Sequence record: SRR31156797_6890
Length of the DNA: 29,361 nucleotides
Strand: one strand, 5' to 3'
Shown here: positions 20,049 to 28,000 of the stretch, in pieces
Layout: each line of letters opens with the position of its first letter
Position numbering within the stretch: the stretch's first letter is position 1
Program-made: the position numbers and the translations under genes
The notes under the pieces: model-generated
Told to the model about the DNA's origin: nothing
What the model saw: the letters and a program-made list of their open reading frames with translations, nothing else
The model's database searches: none

Positions 20049-20564
20049 TTATTGTTGTTCCACAAAAATCAATTGGTTGGTATCGAACCCACGCTCTTCA
20101 GCCATAGCGACAAATCTGTTGATAACGTCTTGGTCAATCGTCGGCGTTCGAGCCAGTAGCCAAAGGTAATCGGTGTTGGGACCGGAAACAAACGCATACT
20201 GATAGTTTTCTTGGTCCAAATCGAACACGACATAGGAGCCATAAAACGGGCCAAAGAATGACACTTTTAAGTAACCTTCCGATTCACTACCAACAAAGTA
20301 AGCTTTCCCTTCTGCCTCTTTCCATCGATTTTCCTCTGCCAAGAAACCTCTGTTTAATACCGAAACGCCGCCATCTTGCTTAAGAGTATACTCAGCAGTA
20401 ACCTGACTAAGACCTTCTTCAAAAGAATGATCGAGTCTGGCAATCTCATACCAGGTACCAAGGTAGTTCTGAATTTCAAAATTGGATACAGGCTTAACTG
20501 AATCAGGCATTCCTAAACAACCGCTCAGGAAAACACATAGCACTAAACTTAGTATCTTGTTCAT
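20049..20564 (-). CDS. blc: Outer-membrane lipocalin lipoprotein
   Basis: Lipobox LSGC; motifs YLGTWYEIARLDH, LKVSFFGPFYG and YLWLLARTP. Confidence 0.95.
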   Translation of the reverse strand: MNKILSLVLCVFLSGCLGMPDSVKPVSNFEIQNYLGTWYEIARLDHSFEEGLSQVTAEYTLKQDGGVSVLNRGFLAEENRWKEAEGKAYFVGSESEGYLKVSFFGPFYGSYVVFDLDQENYQYAFVSGPNTDYLWLLARTPTIDQDVINRFVAMAEERGFDTNQLIFVEQQ

Positions 20565-20631
20565 TGCAACTTCCTTATATTACAGACACAACATCAGCTA
20601 TTTCACCACAATGTGATAATCGACAAAATAC

Positions 20632-21027
20632 CTATCCGTTGAACTCATGCAGTGCATCTAGTGCCTGGTGTGCTTTTTCAGACGGAACAAAAATATGATC
20701 ATGGTAAAACGCCGCAATAACGTTGGCGCTGATACCTTTAGCGGCGAGTTTTGTTGATACTGCTGCTGTTAATCCCACAGCTTCTAAGCTGGAGTGAACC
20801 GTTAGGGTGATTTGTTTGAATGAGCCTTCGAATGCTAAGCCTGCGTCTAGCGCGACCGACTTTTCTAACACCAGAGTTAAACCTTCAAACTCTTGAAAGA
20901 ACGCAATTGGATTCAAAGATAGGTAGTCTCTCACATCACCCGACACAGAACAGAAAACAAACTCTGTTTGGATCAAGTTAGGGCTGAGAGATTTTAGTAA
21001 TAATTCGATATCTTTAACGCCTGACAT
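20632..21027 (-). CDS. ACT-domain protein (DUF2241-like)
   Basis: Motifs FVFCSV, EGLTLV, ITLTVHSSLEAVGLTAA and ANVIAAFYHDHIFV. Confidence 0.9.
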   Translation of the reverse strand: MSGVKDIELLLKSLSPNLIQTEFVFCSVSGDVRDYLSLNPIAFFQEFEGLTLVLEKSVALDAGLAFEGSFKQITLTVHSSLEAVGLTAAVSTKLAAKGISANVIAAFYHDHIFVPSEKAHQALDALHEFNG

Positions 21028-21134
21028 TAGGGCACCTCTTTGTAAGATTGCATCCGTTTAATATGTCATAGGATAGCGATAGTTACCTTAATAATGAATG
21101 AGATAATTAACAACAAGCTGGATCAGGATTTTGG

Positions 21135-21533
21135 TTAGCTAGTCTCACTTCTTCTTACTTCATTAAAAATTTCGCACGACAGTTGGTAATTATGTTGCCG
21201 AGCAATTTTCTGCGAAAAGAACAGTTGTGGTAATTCATAAATGACCAGTAACATCAGTAGAAACAACGAACTCGGGTGCCCTAAAATGTAACCAATGATG
21301 CTGACCATCAATAACGTTATCTCTATAACAAACAGAGCGAACTTACCCAAATAGCAGTGATGAACCCCACCCAGGAAGAACCAGTTTAAGGCCGCGTAGG
21401 TATCAGGATCTTTAAGTTTTTCTGCCTGACGTTGGTAAAACTGTTTCCTCTGAGCTTCAGGCAATTGGTTTACCTGTTGTCTTAATATCTCTTCGTTTTG
21501 CTCTAGCTGTTCCATGGGTTCAAACAATCGCAT
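21135..21533 (-). CDS. TM2-domain membrane protein
   Basis: KDPDTYAALNWFFLGGVHHCYLGK followed by transmembrane helices; TAATG overlap with the upstream gene. Confidence 0.85.
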   Translation of the reverse strand: MRLFEPMEQLEQNEEILRQQVNQLPEAQRKQFYQRQAEKLKDPDTYAALNWFFLGGVHHCYLGKFALFVIEITLLMVSIIGYILGHPSSLFLLMLLVIYELPQLFFSQKIARQHNYQLSCEIFNEVRRSETS

Positions 21534-21757
21534 TAAGGAACCTCGTCATAAATTTTCTCAACAATATCTGGTTGGTTACAGCGTTTTATTCTGGCCAAAC
21601 CAAGCTTCCATCCCTTAATCGCGCCATACTTTAAAATACACTGTTTAGTATACTCCGAACACGTCGGTTCAAAGTTACATTCGATGTTGAGAAGACGCTT
21701 AGAACCACCGCTCGCTTGATAACGGTGGATCAGCCTCAAAGAGAGAATTTTCAGCAC
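21533..21757 (-). CDS. YidD/haemolytic-domain family protein (paralog)
   Basis: YQ...CNFEPTCSEY...KYGAIKGWKLGLARIKRCN. Confidence 0.88.
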   Translation of the reverse strand: MLKILSLRLIHRYQASGGSKRLLNIECNFEPTCSEYTKQCILKYGAIKGWKLGLARIKRCNQPDIVEKIYDEVP

Positions 21758-21759
21758 AA

Positions 21760-21975
21760 TTAGCGGCCGAGAGTGATAATGACAGCTTCACGTTTCCAAA
21801 ACAGCATAAAACGTTTTTGTTCAACAACTTGAAAGACTACCTGCCAACCATCTTGAACGTATTTATTTAATTCGGCTTCCATCTTTTGTACTGGTAACCC
21901 ACTCGCACCCAGTAAAATCGTTCCACATCCACCTTCAACGATATGTACTACTTTATATTCTTTAAAACTTGTCAT
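21760..21975 (-). CDS. DUF4177-like small protein
   Basis: EYKVV...ELNKYVQDGWQVV motif. ATG 21975 is preferred over TTG 21987. Confidence 0.8.
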   Translation of the reverse strand: MTSFKEYKVVHIVEGGCGTILLGASGLPVQKMEAELNKYVQDGWQVVFQVVEQKRFMLFWKREAVIITLGR

Positions 21976-22087
21976 TAGACTAACCAACTATTTGTTTAAA
22001 AACAAAACCTTATAACATGCACTAAAATACTTCAAATAATAAATTATAAAACAACAAACATACCTAGCTTTGATTATTTATAGGTCG

Positions 22088-22453
22088 TTAATCGTTACTC
22101 AACGTCGTATACTCGCCGCCATTGAGTGCCTGGATTATTTGTCTTACAGGAGTAAGCTTGATTTCCGCCAAAATCATTGTGACCAAACCCCAAATAGAAA
22201 ATGCCATCATGGCTGCCCCATAAAAAGATCCGTCGTTAACAAGCAGGTATAAACCATAAGCCAAGAGATACGTTCCAATGAACCCCATTTTTAACTCGTG
22301 GCTATTTACAATGAGCTTATTGGATGGAATATCAAGCGATACCGTTGCTGGCTCAATCATAAAGCTAAACTTGATCCTTACTTTGTTGTTTTTCAACGAA
22401 GCATCGTAACCTTTTTCTTGTAGTAACTTTTGTAGCTGTTCCATTCTCGTCAT
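22088..22453 (-). CDS. Hypothetical membrane protein
   Basis: 121 aa with RBS GAGGTGG and two C-terminal hydrophobic helices; 10 bp after the GNAT stop. Confidence 0.75.
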   Translation of the reverse strand: MTRMEQLQKLLQEKGYDASLKNNKVRIKFSFMIEPATVSLDIPSNKLIVNSHELKMGFIGTYLLAYGLYLLVNDGSFYGAAMMAFSIWGLVTMILAEIKLTPVRQIIQALNGGEYTTLSND

Positions 22454-22463
22454 TCCACCTCAT

Positions 22464-22994
22464 TTAGCGTGTTAAGGCGTAAACCGCATGATCAACCACG
22501 CGACCATTCAGATTTTCCGCTCGAGTTAAAACCCCTTCTAAAGTAAAGCCTAAGCGTTCGCATACATTTCGACTGGATTGATTATCAACAGCGACAGCAA
22601 TCTCTACCTTTTGCATATTGAGTTCATCGAACGCAATCTCTATCAGTTTCGTCACCGATTTAGTGATGATCCCTTTGCCTTGATGCTCTTTGCTCAACCA
22701 ATAGCCTATTTGTACTTTCTGTAATTGATGGTCGATCGTGTTGAAGCTAATATTGCCAACCAGTTCATCGCGATAAATCATGGCACACACCATTGAGCTT
22801 CCTTCCGCGTAATCGTGTAGCGAACGTTTAATAAAACTCAGAAAGAAATCTTCATTGTCCGCATGTGGTGGCCATGCAAGCCATTCACTGAGATATTCAC
22901 GCTGAGCAGTGACAATATCCAAATAAAGCGGCGCAAATTTAGGCTCTACAAGAGCAAGCCTCAACCCGTTTTCTACTTCCAGTGTAAACATCAC
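22464..22994 (-). CDS. RimJ/RimL-family N-acetyltransferase
   Basis: Motifs YLSEWLAW, QIGYWLSKEHQGKGI and NQSSRNVCERLGFTLEG. Confidence 0.92.
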   Translation of the reverse strand: MMFTLEVENGLRLALVEPKFAPLYLDIVTAQREYLSEWLAWPPHADNEDFFLSFIKRSLHDYAEGSSMVCAMIYRDELVGNISFNTIDHQLQKVQIGYWLSKEHQGKGIITKSVTKLIEIAFDELNMQKVEIAVAVDNQSSRNVCERLGFTLEGVLTRAENLNGRVVDHAVYALTR

Positions 22995-23230
22995 TTACCC
23001 TTTTACTTATTAATTCTAAATTTATCTTCAACTTATTTATTAGCATAAACTTGGCAAATAAATAGGTAGCTCTCTATGACTCAATAATAATCACTATCGG
23101 AATCACAGTTAAAACCCCTAAAATAAACAACCTTATCAATAACACTTATATTTAAGCTATTGCTGTTAGTTTGACGCGATTTAATAAAGGGTTGTTCATT
23201 TGTTCTTATAGTCATTTGATATAAATGTAA

Positions 23231-23463
23231 TTACAACCTCATAAATACTGCTTCAATTTTATTACCACCTGGATCCCGGACAAACGCCGCATAATACGTT
23301 TCACCATATTCTGGACGCACTCCCAGCTTACCATAACACGTACCGCCTAACTCTAATGCCAGTGAGTAGAAATGATCAACTGCGTCTTACTTGAAGCATG
23401 AAAAGCGATGTGAGTGCCATTACCTGCACTCGCAGTATGCTCACCTGGACAACCTAGCCAGAA
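23231..23463 (-). pseudogene. VOC/glyoxalase-family gene relic (5'-truncated, frameshifted)
   Basis: Manual translation: FWLGCPGEHTASAGNGTHIAFHASS / frameshift near 23388 / DAVDHFYSLALELGG...RPEYGETYYAAFVRDPGGNKIEAVFMRL*. Confidence 0.85.
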
Positions 23464-23813
23464 TTAAAATATTTGAAGTTCATTCAATAATGTTACTAAT
23501 GAATAATATATCCCGATTAATTATCGGCCTTTTGACATTTCCACCACATTTCGCCACGTAACCTTATTTCCCAGTGAGCACATTCGTGCTTAATAACACC
23601 CTCTGAGTACTTGTTGTGTCAGAGGATGAAATTTAGGGAAGCGATCAGAACTAAGGCCGCTAGGCACGATTCTCATTTTTACTCTTTATTTATATATGAG
23701 TTTTAGGGAATATGGCTTATTTACTTCTGTAACACGGTTATACAGACTCAATTAGTGACTTCAAACTGATGGTTTCCAAATAACAAGGGTATATCACGTT
23801 TAAGGTAATTCAC

Positions 23814-23960
23814 ATGAATGTAAAAATTAATGCCGTTGCGGCTGCAATGACACTCGCGCTATTGACTGGCTCAGCTTACGCCGCTGAACAGAATCAAAGG
23901 ACGGAACCGGTGAAACAGTCGGTCGTTGATGCGGTTATTTTGAGGCTTCTCTCAGCTTGA
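23814..23960 (+). pseudogene. 48-codon ORF, probable 5' stub of a secreted protein gene
   Basis: MNVKINAVAAAMTLALLTGSAYA-AEQ is a Sec signal peptide with RBS AAGGT. The frame runs into the 3' end of the convergent gene at 23935. Confidence 0.6.
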
Positions 23961-24759
23961 TTAACTGCTTTGCATACTCTTTTAATACCCTTGCGTTATC
24001 ACCTCGCTCAGGGTCACCACACACCTCATCCTGATATTTAGTGTTAGGATTTGAGTAAGCAGGCACACGATTCTTAGCGTATGTCATCACCGTTCCGGCA
24101 TCTCCACAGAAGTATCCCCGAGCATAAGGTTTGATTTTATGATGATGCTCTTTCAGCACTTGTGTGTTTACTATATGTTCTGTACTGGAAACCTTAGGTT
24201 CAGGATGCATCGCCCACGCAATATGACCAAGTTCATGCTCCAATACATGAAGTTTTGCCGCTTCGGATAATACGACATAACTATCATTAAAGTTGATATG
24301 AGTTTGCCCCGTGACTCCCTTACTAGCGAAAGGATGCGATTTATTCAGCACAAGCACATAGTATTCGCCAGGGGTTTCTCTAATGTTTTTAATCCTTGCA
24401 TCACCAACGAAACTTAGAAGTTCTTTGTGTAGCTCATAAACATTCTCTGAGTCATTGCTAAACCGGCCAACAACTTTGACTTCACCCAAGGCTCGCTGAA
24501 TGGGTATACAAGAATTGTTCAATATCGTATTTGAATGATCAATGTGGTCCTGAATCTTATCCCGTTGCTTTTTGAGTGACTCAGCATCACTCATTTCACC
24601 GTCAATAAAAAAATTTACTGTCGTCAGTACAGGCTGAGCCATATCACAATTAGGAAGTTCCAAACCTTTGCTGCTTTTTTGATTGAACGCAGCAATGACC
24701 GTCACAGCAACTAGCGCTGATGTAACCAAAAGTTGATTACGAGAGAAATGAAATTTCAA
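23935..24759 (-). CDS. Exported metzincin (reprolysin-like) zinc metallopeptidase
   Basis: TTG start after AGGAG; N-terminal hydrophobic anchor; HELGHIAWAMH zinc motif and TVMTY Met-turn. Confidence 0.75.
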   Translation of the reverse strand: MKFHFSRNQLLVTSALVAVTVIAAFNQKSSKGLELPNCDMAQPVLTTVNFFIDGEMSDAESLKKQRDKIQDHIDHSNTILNNSCIPIQRALGEVKVVGRFSNDSENVYELHKELLSFVGDARIKNIRETPGEYYVLVLNKSHPFASKGVTGQTHINFNDSYVVLSEAAKLHVLEHELGHIAWAMHPEPKVSSTEHIVNTQVLKEHHHKIKPYARGYFCGDAGTVMTYAKNRVPAYSNPNTKYQDEVCGDPERGDNARVLKEYAKQLIKLREASK

Positions 24760-25151
24760 TATTAGCTCCTTAATTTAGAACGGAGACTTCCGTCTTTCGG
24801 CCAGGCGGCTAATTAAACTTATGATATTGAAATTTCTAGAGATAGATTGAAGCTTGGTATTTCAGAGTGAGTTCAAGTAATAAAGAACCATACTAAATAG
24901 CCTTAAAGCGATACTTAACTTTATTACCACGTCTCAAGTTCACTAGTCGACTTAGGATCAGAATCAGCCTTTGGTTCCGTAGCTGAGGTGGTATCAGTAA
25001 CAACACAACAATAGACAACGGTATTCCAAATACCATTGCTCTGGTTGAACCGTTCGCTAAACAAATATTTTCCGGATCAATGATGTATTCACTTGGCTTA
25101 TTGCCGCTTAACTGACACACTTAGCCTGCAATTTTATATTAGGCAATCATT

Positions 25152-25391
25152 ATGAAACTTCTAGTTCGCAATTTAGAGCGAAAAACCACAGAGCATGAGA
25201 TTCGTGTTCTATTCTCAACCCACGGTACGGTCACTGAATGCAACTTAGTATTAGACCAAGAAACAGGCCTATCAAAAGGCTTCGCATTCGTTGAAATGCC
25301 TGATGAGAATGAAGCAAAAGCAGCGGTTGAAAGCTTAAATCTTTCCACGGTAGATAAAAGCAAAATCAGAGTGAAGTTCGCACAGAACTAA
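25152..25391 (+). CDS. RRM (RNP-1) RNA-binding protein
   Basis: RNP2 LLVRNL and RNP1 KGFAFVEM. Confidence 0.93.
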   Translation: MKLLVRNLERKTTEHEIRVLFSTHGTVTECNLVLDQETGLSKGFAFVEMPDENEAKAAVESLNLSTVDKSKIRVKFAQN

Positions 25392-25400
25392 ATACCCCAT

Positions 25401-25430
25401 GAGCCAGTATACACTCTGCAGTACTGGCTC
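25401..25430. terminator. Stem-loop after the RRM gene
   Basis: 9-bp inverted repeat GAGCCAGTA/TACTGGCTC; no clear U-tract. Confidence 0.5.
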
Positions 25431-25493
25431 TACGACAAACCTATCGGATACTGTAAAAGTGACCGTATAGCACATCTACCACGAGAGCCAATC

Positions 25494-25532
25494 GCCACTC
25501 GTTGCGAATCCCTCTTGAAGGCTTTGTTATGG
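25494..25532 (-). repeat. attC half-site (R''/L'' arm only), distal end of array
   Basis: GCCACTCGTTGCGAATCCCTCTTGAAGGCTTTGTTATGG nearly matches 27495-27533; the other arm is absent. Confidence 0.8.
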
Positions 25533-25572
25533 ACAATAACTCACGAATAACCTGCAAAATTTACCGACTGTT

Positions 25573-25863
25573 TTAGATGTACTTAACACGTTCATCTATG
25601 CACTCATTAGAACCCATTTCGAATTCGCGGCATATCCAAGGACGATTTTCATAAATTGTGCACATTAGAGTATCTCTATCTAAAGCCGCACACCAACCAT
25701 CATTTAATCGCATCATTGTTTCACCGCCATACTGGTCACGTTCGATGAACTCTTCTGGCACGCCAGTATCAGAGATAATCATTACTTCAAGACGGCAGCA
25801 GCAAGCTTTGCAGTTTGAGCAAGATACATTTGAGGCAGCAGGTGTATTCGTTGGTATAAGCAT
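25573..25863 (-). CDS. YkgJ-family (CxxCxxCC) cysteine-cluster protein, cassette gene
   Basis: CSNCKACCC...GWCAALD...CTIYENRPWICREF. Confidence 0.9.
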   Translation of the reverse strand: MLIPTNTPAASNVSCSNCKACCCRLEVMIISDTGVPEEFIERDQYGGETMMRLNDGWCAALDRDTLMCTIYENRPWICREFEMGSNECIDERVKYI

Positions 25864-25948
25864 AAGTAACTACAGTTTAGTCAATTGTGCATGATACCGT
25901 AAATTTGATGCAAAGAACCTTCTTTTCTGAGATTGTTTACCTTGTGAG

Positions 25949-26075
25949 CCATGACGCCGCATTAAGTAGTAAGCAACGCCTCTGCCTGAATTAATCTATT
26001 GTGTCGTAACCACTTAAGTTGATTCAAACTAAAAATACCATGCGTAGGGCACCCGTCTTAAAAGTCTTGTTATAT
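25949..26075 (-). repeat. attC site with mutated core (GTC instead of GTT)
   Basis: Plus strand CCATGACGCCGCATTAAG...CGTCTTAAAAGTCTTGTTATAT; 127 bp. Confidence 0.85.
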
Positions 26076-26157
26076 GCAAATTTTCAACCCAAGCATCGAA
26101 GCCAATATGACTATTGATGATAGACTAAATCAATAGCCCATTTTATGAAGTGAAATC

Positions 26158-26559
26158 ATGAAAGACTGCAACCAATGTGGAAAATGCTGCATCAAGTATA
26201 GCGATGGTGATTTAGCCGCTACGCAAGAAGAATTAGACTTATGGGAGCTATTTAACCCAGACATTTTTGAGTATGTAAAAGATGGAAAAATCTGGTTTAA
26301 TCCCGAAACAAGAGAGCAATTACACCGTTGCCCGTTTTTAGAACTAGCACCGAAAGCCAAAGCTGAAGAACAAAACAAATACACCTGTAGCATTTACCTA
26401 GACCGACCAGAAGATTGCCGTCACTACCCTAGCCTAATCAATGAAATGGTTCGGGACGAATGCGAAATGATCGAAGTTGTAGATCTCGAAAATCCAAAGA
26501 AAGCTCAGAAACAACTAGACAAGTTAATGAGTTCAAGCCGACCATCGAGCTATTCCTAG
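26158..26559 (+). CDS. YkgJ-family cysteine-cluster protein, inverted within its cassette
   Basis: CNQCGKCC...CPFL...CSIYLDRPEDCRHYP. Cassette ends GTTATATGCAAA (26069) and TTTGCATATAAC (26574) are complementary. Confidence 0.9.
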   Translation: MKDCNQCGKCCIKYSDGDLAATQEELDLWELFNPDIFEYVKDGKIWFNPETREQLHRCPFLELAPKAKAEEQNKYTCSIYLDRPEDCRHYPSLINEMVRDECEMIEVVDLENPKKAQKQLDKLMSSSRPSSYS

Positions 26560-26578
26560 TGCTGATTTTCGCGTTTGC

Positions 26579-26695
26579 ATATAACACCCAATTAAGGGGG
26601 TGAGTAAAGCAACACCGATGCCACCTTAATCACCACAATCAACGCATCATAAAAATGCCATTCGTTAGGAATCACACTTAAATTATTTGTTAGAT
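26579..26695 (-). repeat. attC site, degenerate and shortened (117 bp)
   Basis: ATATAACACCCAATTAAGGGG...CACACTTAAATTATTTGTTAGAT. Confidence 0.85.
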
Positions 26696-26715
26696 GCCAG
26701 ATCGCTGAACCTGAT

Positions 26716-26778
26716 TTAGTAGTGGTAACGACACGAAATTATCGCTATTGCTTGATCATCGACTGCGTAAACTAGGCT
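26716..26778 (-). pseudogene. yoeB: 3' relic of a Txe/YoeB toxin gene
   Basis: Manual translation LVYAVDDQAIAIISCRYHY* matches the YoeB C-terminal signature (RLVY...CRYHY). Confidence 0.85.
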
Positions 26779-26785
26779 ACTCAGG

Positions 26786-26884
26786 CAACACCACCTAACC
26801 TAAAACATTGTGCCGTAAACACTTAAGCTAATTCTAACCAAAATCGCCGAGCGTTGAGAATCCGTCTTAAAGCGTTTGTTATAT
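26786..26884 (-). repeat. attC site truncated on the R'/L' side
   Basis: CCACCTAACCTAAAACATTGTGCCGTAAACAC...CGTCTTAAAGCGTTTGTTATAT; the TAACGCC..TAAG arm is missing. Confidence 0.85.
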
Positions 26885-26889
26885 CGTAG

Positions 26890-27369
26890 CTACGACATCC
26901 CAATTTTCTTGGACATATTGAAACCAGTAATCACAAAGCCGACTTCCTGGTACAGCTTAAGCGCGCGCTCATTTTGATACGCTACTCTTAGCTTTATTTG
27001 GGTAATACCAACCTCTTGTAGCTGTTTTTCCAAAGCAGAGATAGCTTGCGTACCATAACCCAAACCACGGTATTCTCCGGACACAAAGAAATCATATATA
27101 AAGGTAGACTGATCTTTAACATTAATTGAATGCCACAAATAACCAACACGGTTGAACTGCCCATCGACCTCAGCATCAATGCATAACAATGAATGCTCAT
27201 TTCCCTCTAAGCCATTAGGAAAGCAACGATGCAGCTCCTTTTTAGCTAACTCAATTGACAGCTCTATGGAATGACCATAATTTTGGGCTATTTCCTGACT
27301 GTAATCGTCGATAAAATACTGACAATAATCCGAATATTCTTCTTGCCGCATTTCCCTAAGTACAACCAT
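26890..27369 (-). CDS. GNAT acetyltransferase, cassette gene
   Basis: Motifs YRGLGYGT and NERALKLYQEVGF. Start ATG 27369 after AAGGA. Cassette ends GTTATAT/ATATAAC are complementary. Confidence 0.92.
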   Translation of the reverse strand: MVVLREMRQEEYSDYCQYFIDDYSQEIAQNYGHSIELSIELAKKELHRCFPNGLEGNEHSLLCIDAEVDGQFNRVGYLWHSINVKDQSTFIYDFFVSGEYRGLGYGTQAISALEKQLQEVGITQIKLRVAYQNERALKLYQEVGFVITGFNMSKKIGMS

Positions 27370-27406
27370 ATCTATTCCTTTCAATGCGATGAATTCAATG
27401 AGCGAC

Positions 27407-27533
27407 ATATAACGCCCAATTAAGGGGGTTAGCAACGCAATACCAAAGCCACCGCATACCACCTTAAACACTTAAACCAACGCATAGTGAAAATACCACA
27501 CGTTGCGAATCCCTCTTGAAGCGTTTGTTATGC
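27407..27533 (-). repeat. attC site, apparently intact (127 bp)
   Basis: ATATAACGCCCAATTAAGGGG...CCCTCTTGAAGCGTTTGTTATGC. Confidence 0.93.
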
Positions 27534-27539
27534 TTGTAC

Positions 27540-27980
27540 CTAAAGAGATAGGCACAACTCTATTTCACGACCTTCAACTAAATGACCTGTTGCCACAAAG
27601 CCACAATTTACGTAGAAACCTTGGGGGCTGTCTGCACCCGATACAACACTTGTATAAAGAGCAGATATTCCAAACTCACTTACCAAAGCCGATTTCAACA
27701 AATCTACAACAATACGACCATAACCCTTTGACTGGTGAGATTTGTCTAGCATGAGCCTCCAAAGCTCAAACTTACCTGATACTGTATCTGCGCTTACTAA
27801 AATGAACCCAACCGGTTTATCTTCGAAGTAGATCCCCTTAAACCAAGGAAAGTTCATAAAGTTCGCTTCAGCCAATGAAATAGCATTGCTATCGACATGA
27901 TTTAGCTGATTTGGAGCAACTTCCAGTTGGCAAATCTCATAAAAATTGTCGTAATTTATATTTCTAAGTTCGAGGGCCAT
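27540..27980 (-). CDS. GNAT acetyltransferase (BltD/spermidine acetyltransferase-like), cassette gene
   Basis: LEVAPNQLNHVDSNAISLAEA...LWRLMLDKSHQSKGYG...FYVNCGF. Start ATG 27980 after AAGGA. Confidence 0.88.
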   Translation of the reverse strand: MALELRNINYDNFYEICQLEVAPNQLNHVDSNAISLAEANFMNFPWFKGIYFEDKPVGFILVSADTVSGKFELWRLMLDKSHQSKGYGRIVVDLLKSALVSEFGISALYTSVVSGADSPQGFYVNCGFVATGHLVEGREIELCLSL

Positions 27981-28000
27981 ACTGCCAAATTCCTTCAAAA

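Noticed and set aside
20040..22095. TAAC at the stops of blc, the TM2 gene and the 22088 gene as residual attC inverse cores
   Set aside because: TAA followed by C is common by chance (also at galT), and no L boxes follow.
23000..23200. AT-rich stretch with a hydrophobic minus-strand frame interrupted by stops
   Set aside because: It cannot be distinguished from AT-rich noncoding DNA without homology evidence.
23661..23680. Sigma54-like TAGGCACG upstream of the signal-peptide stub
   Set aside because: It lacks the GC at -12.
23727..23745. CTGT...ACAG inverted repeat as a LexA box
   Set aside because: The spacer is 11 bp rather than 8.
24893..25120. 75-aa minus-strand ORF, and an alternative frame ending ...STSELETW*
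   Set aside because: No RBS or recognisable family. It may be a gene relic but needs BLASTX.
27370..27471. Extended N-terminus of the GNAT ORF, and similarly 27981-28004 and the + strand ORFs 27503-27754 and 27927-28109
   Set aside because: These are read-throughs of attC sequence; the RBS-supported starts lie inside the cassettes.
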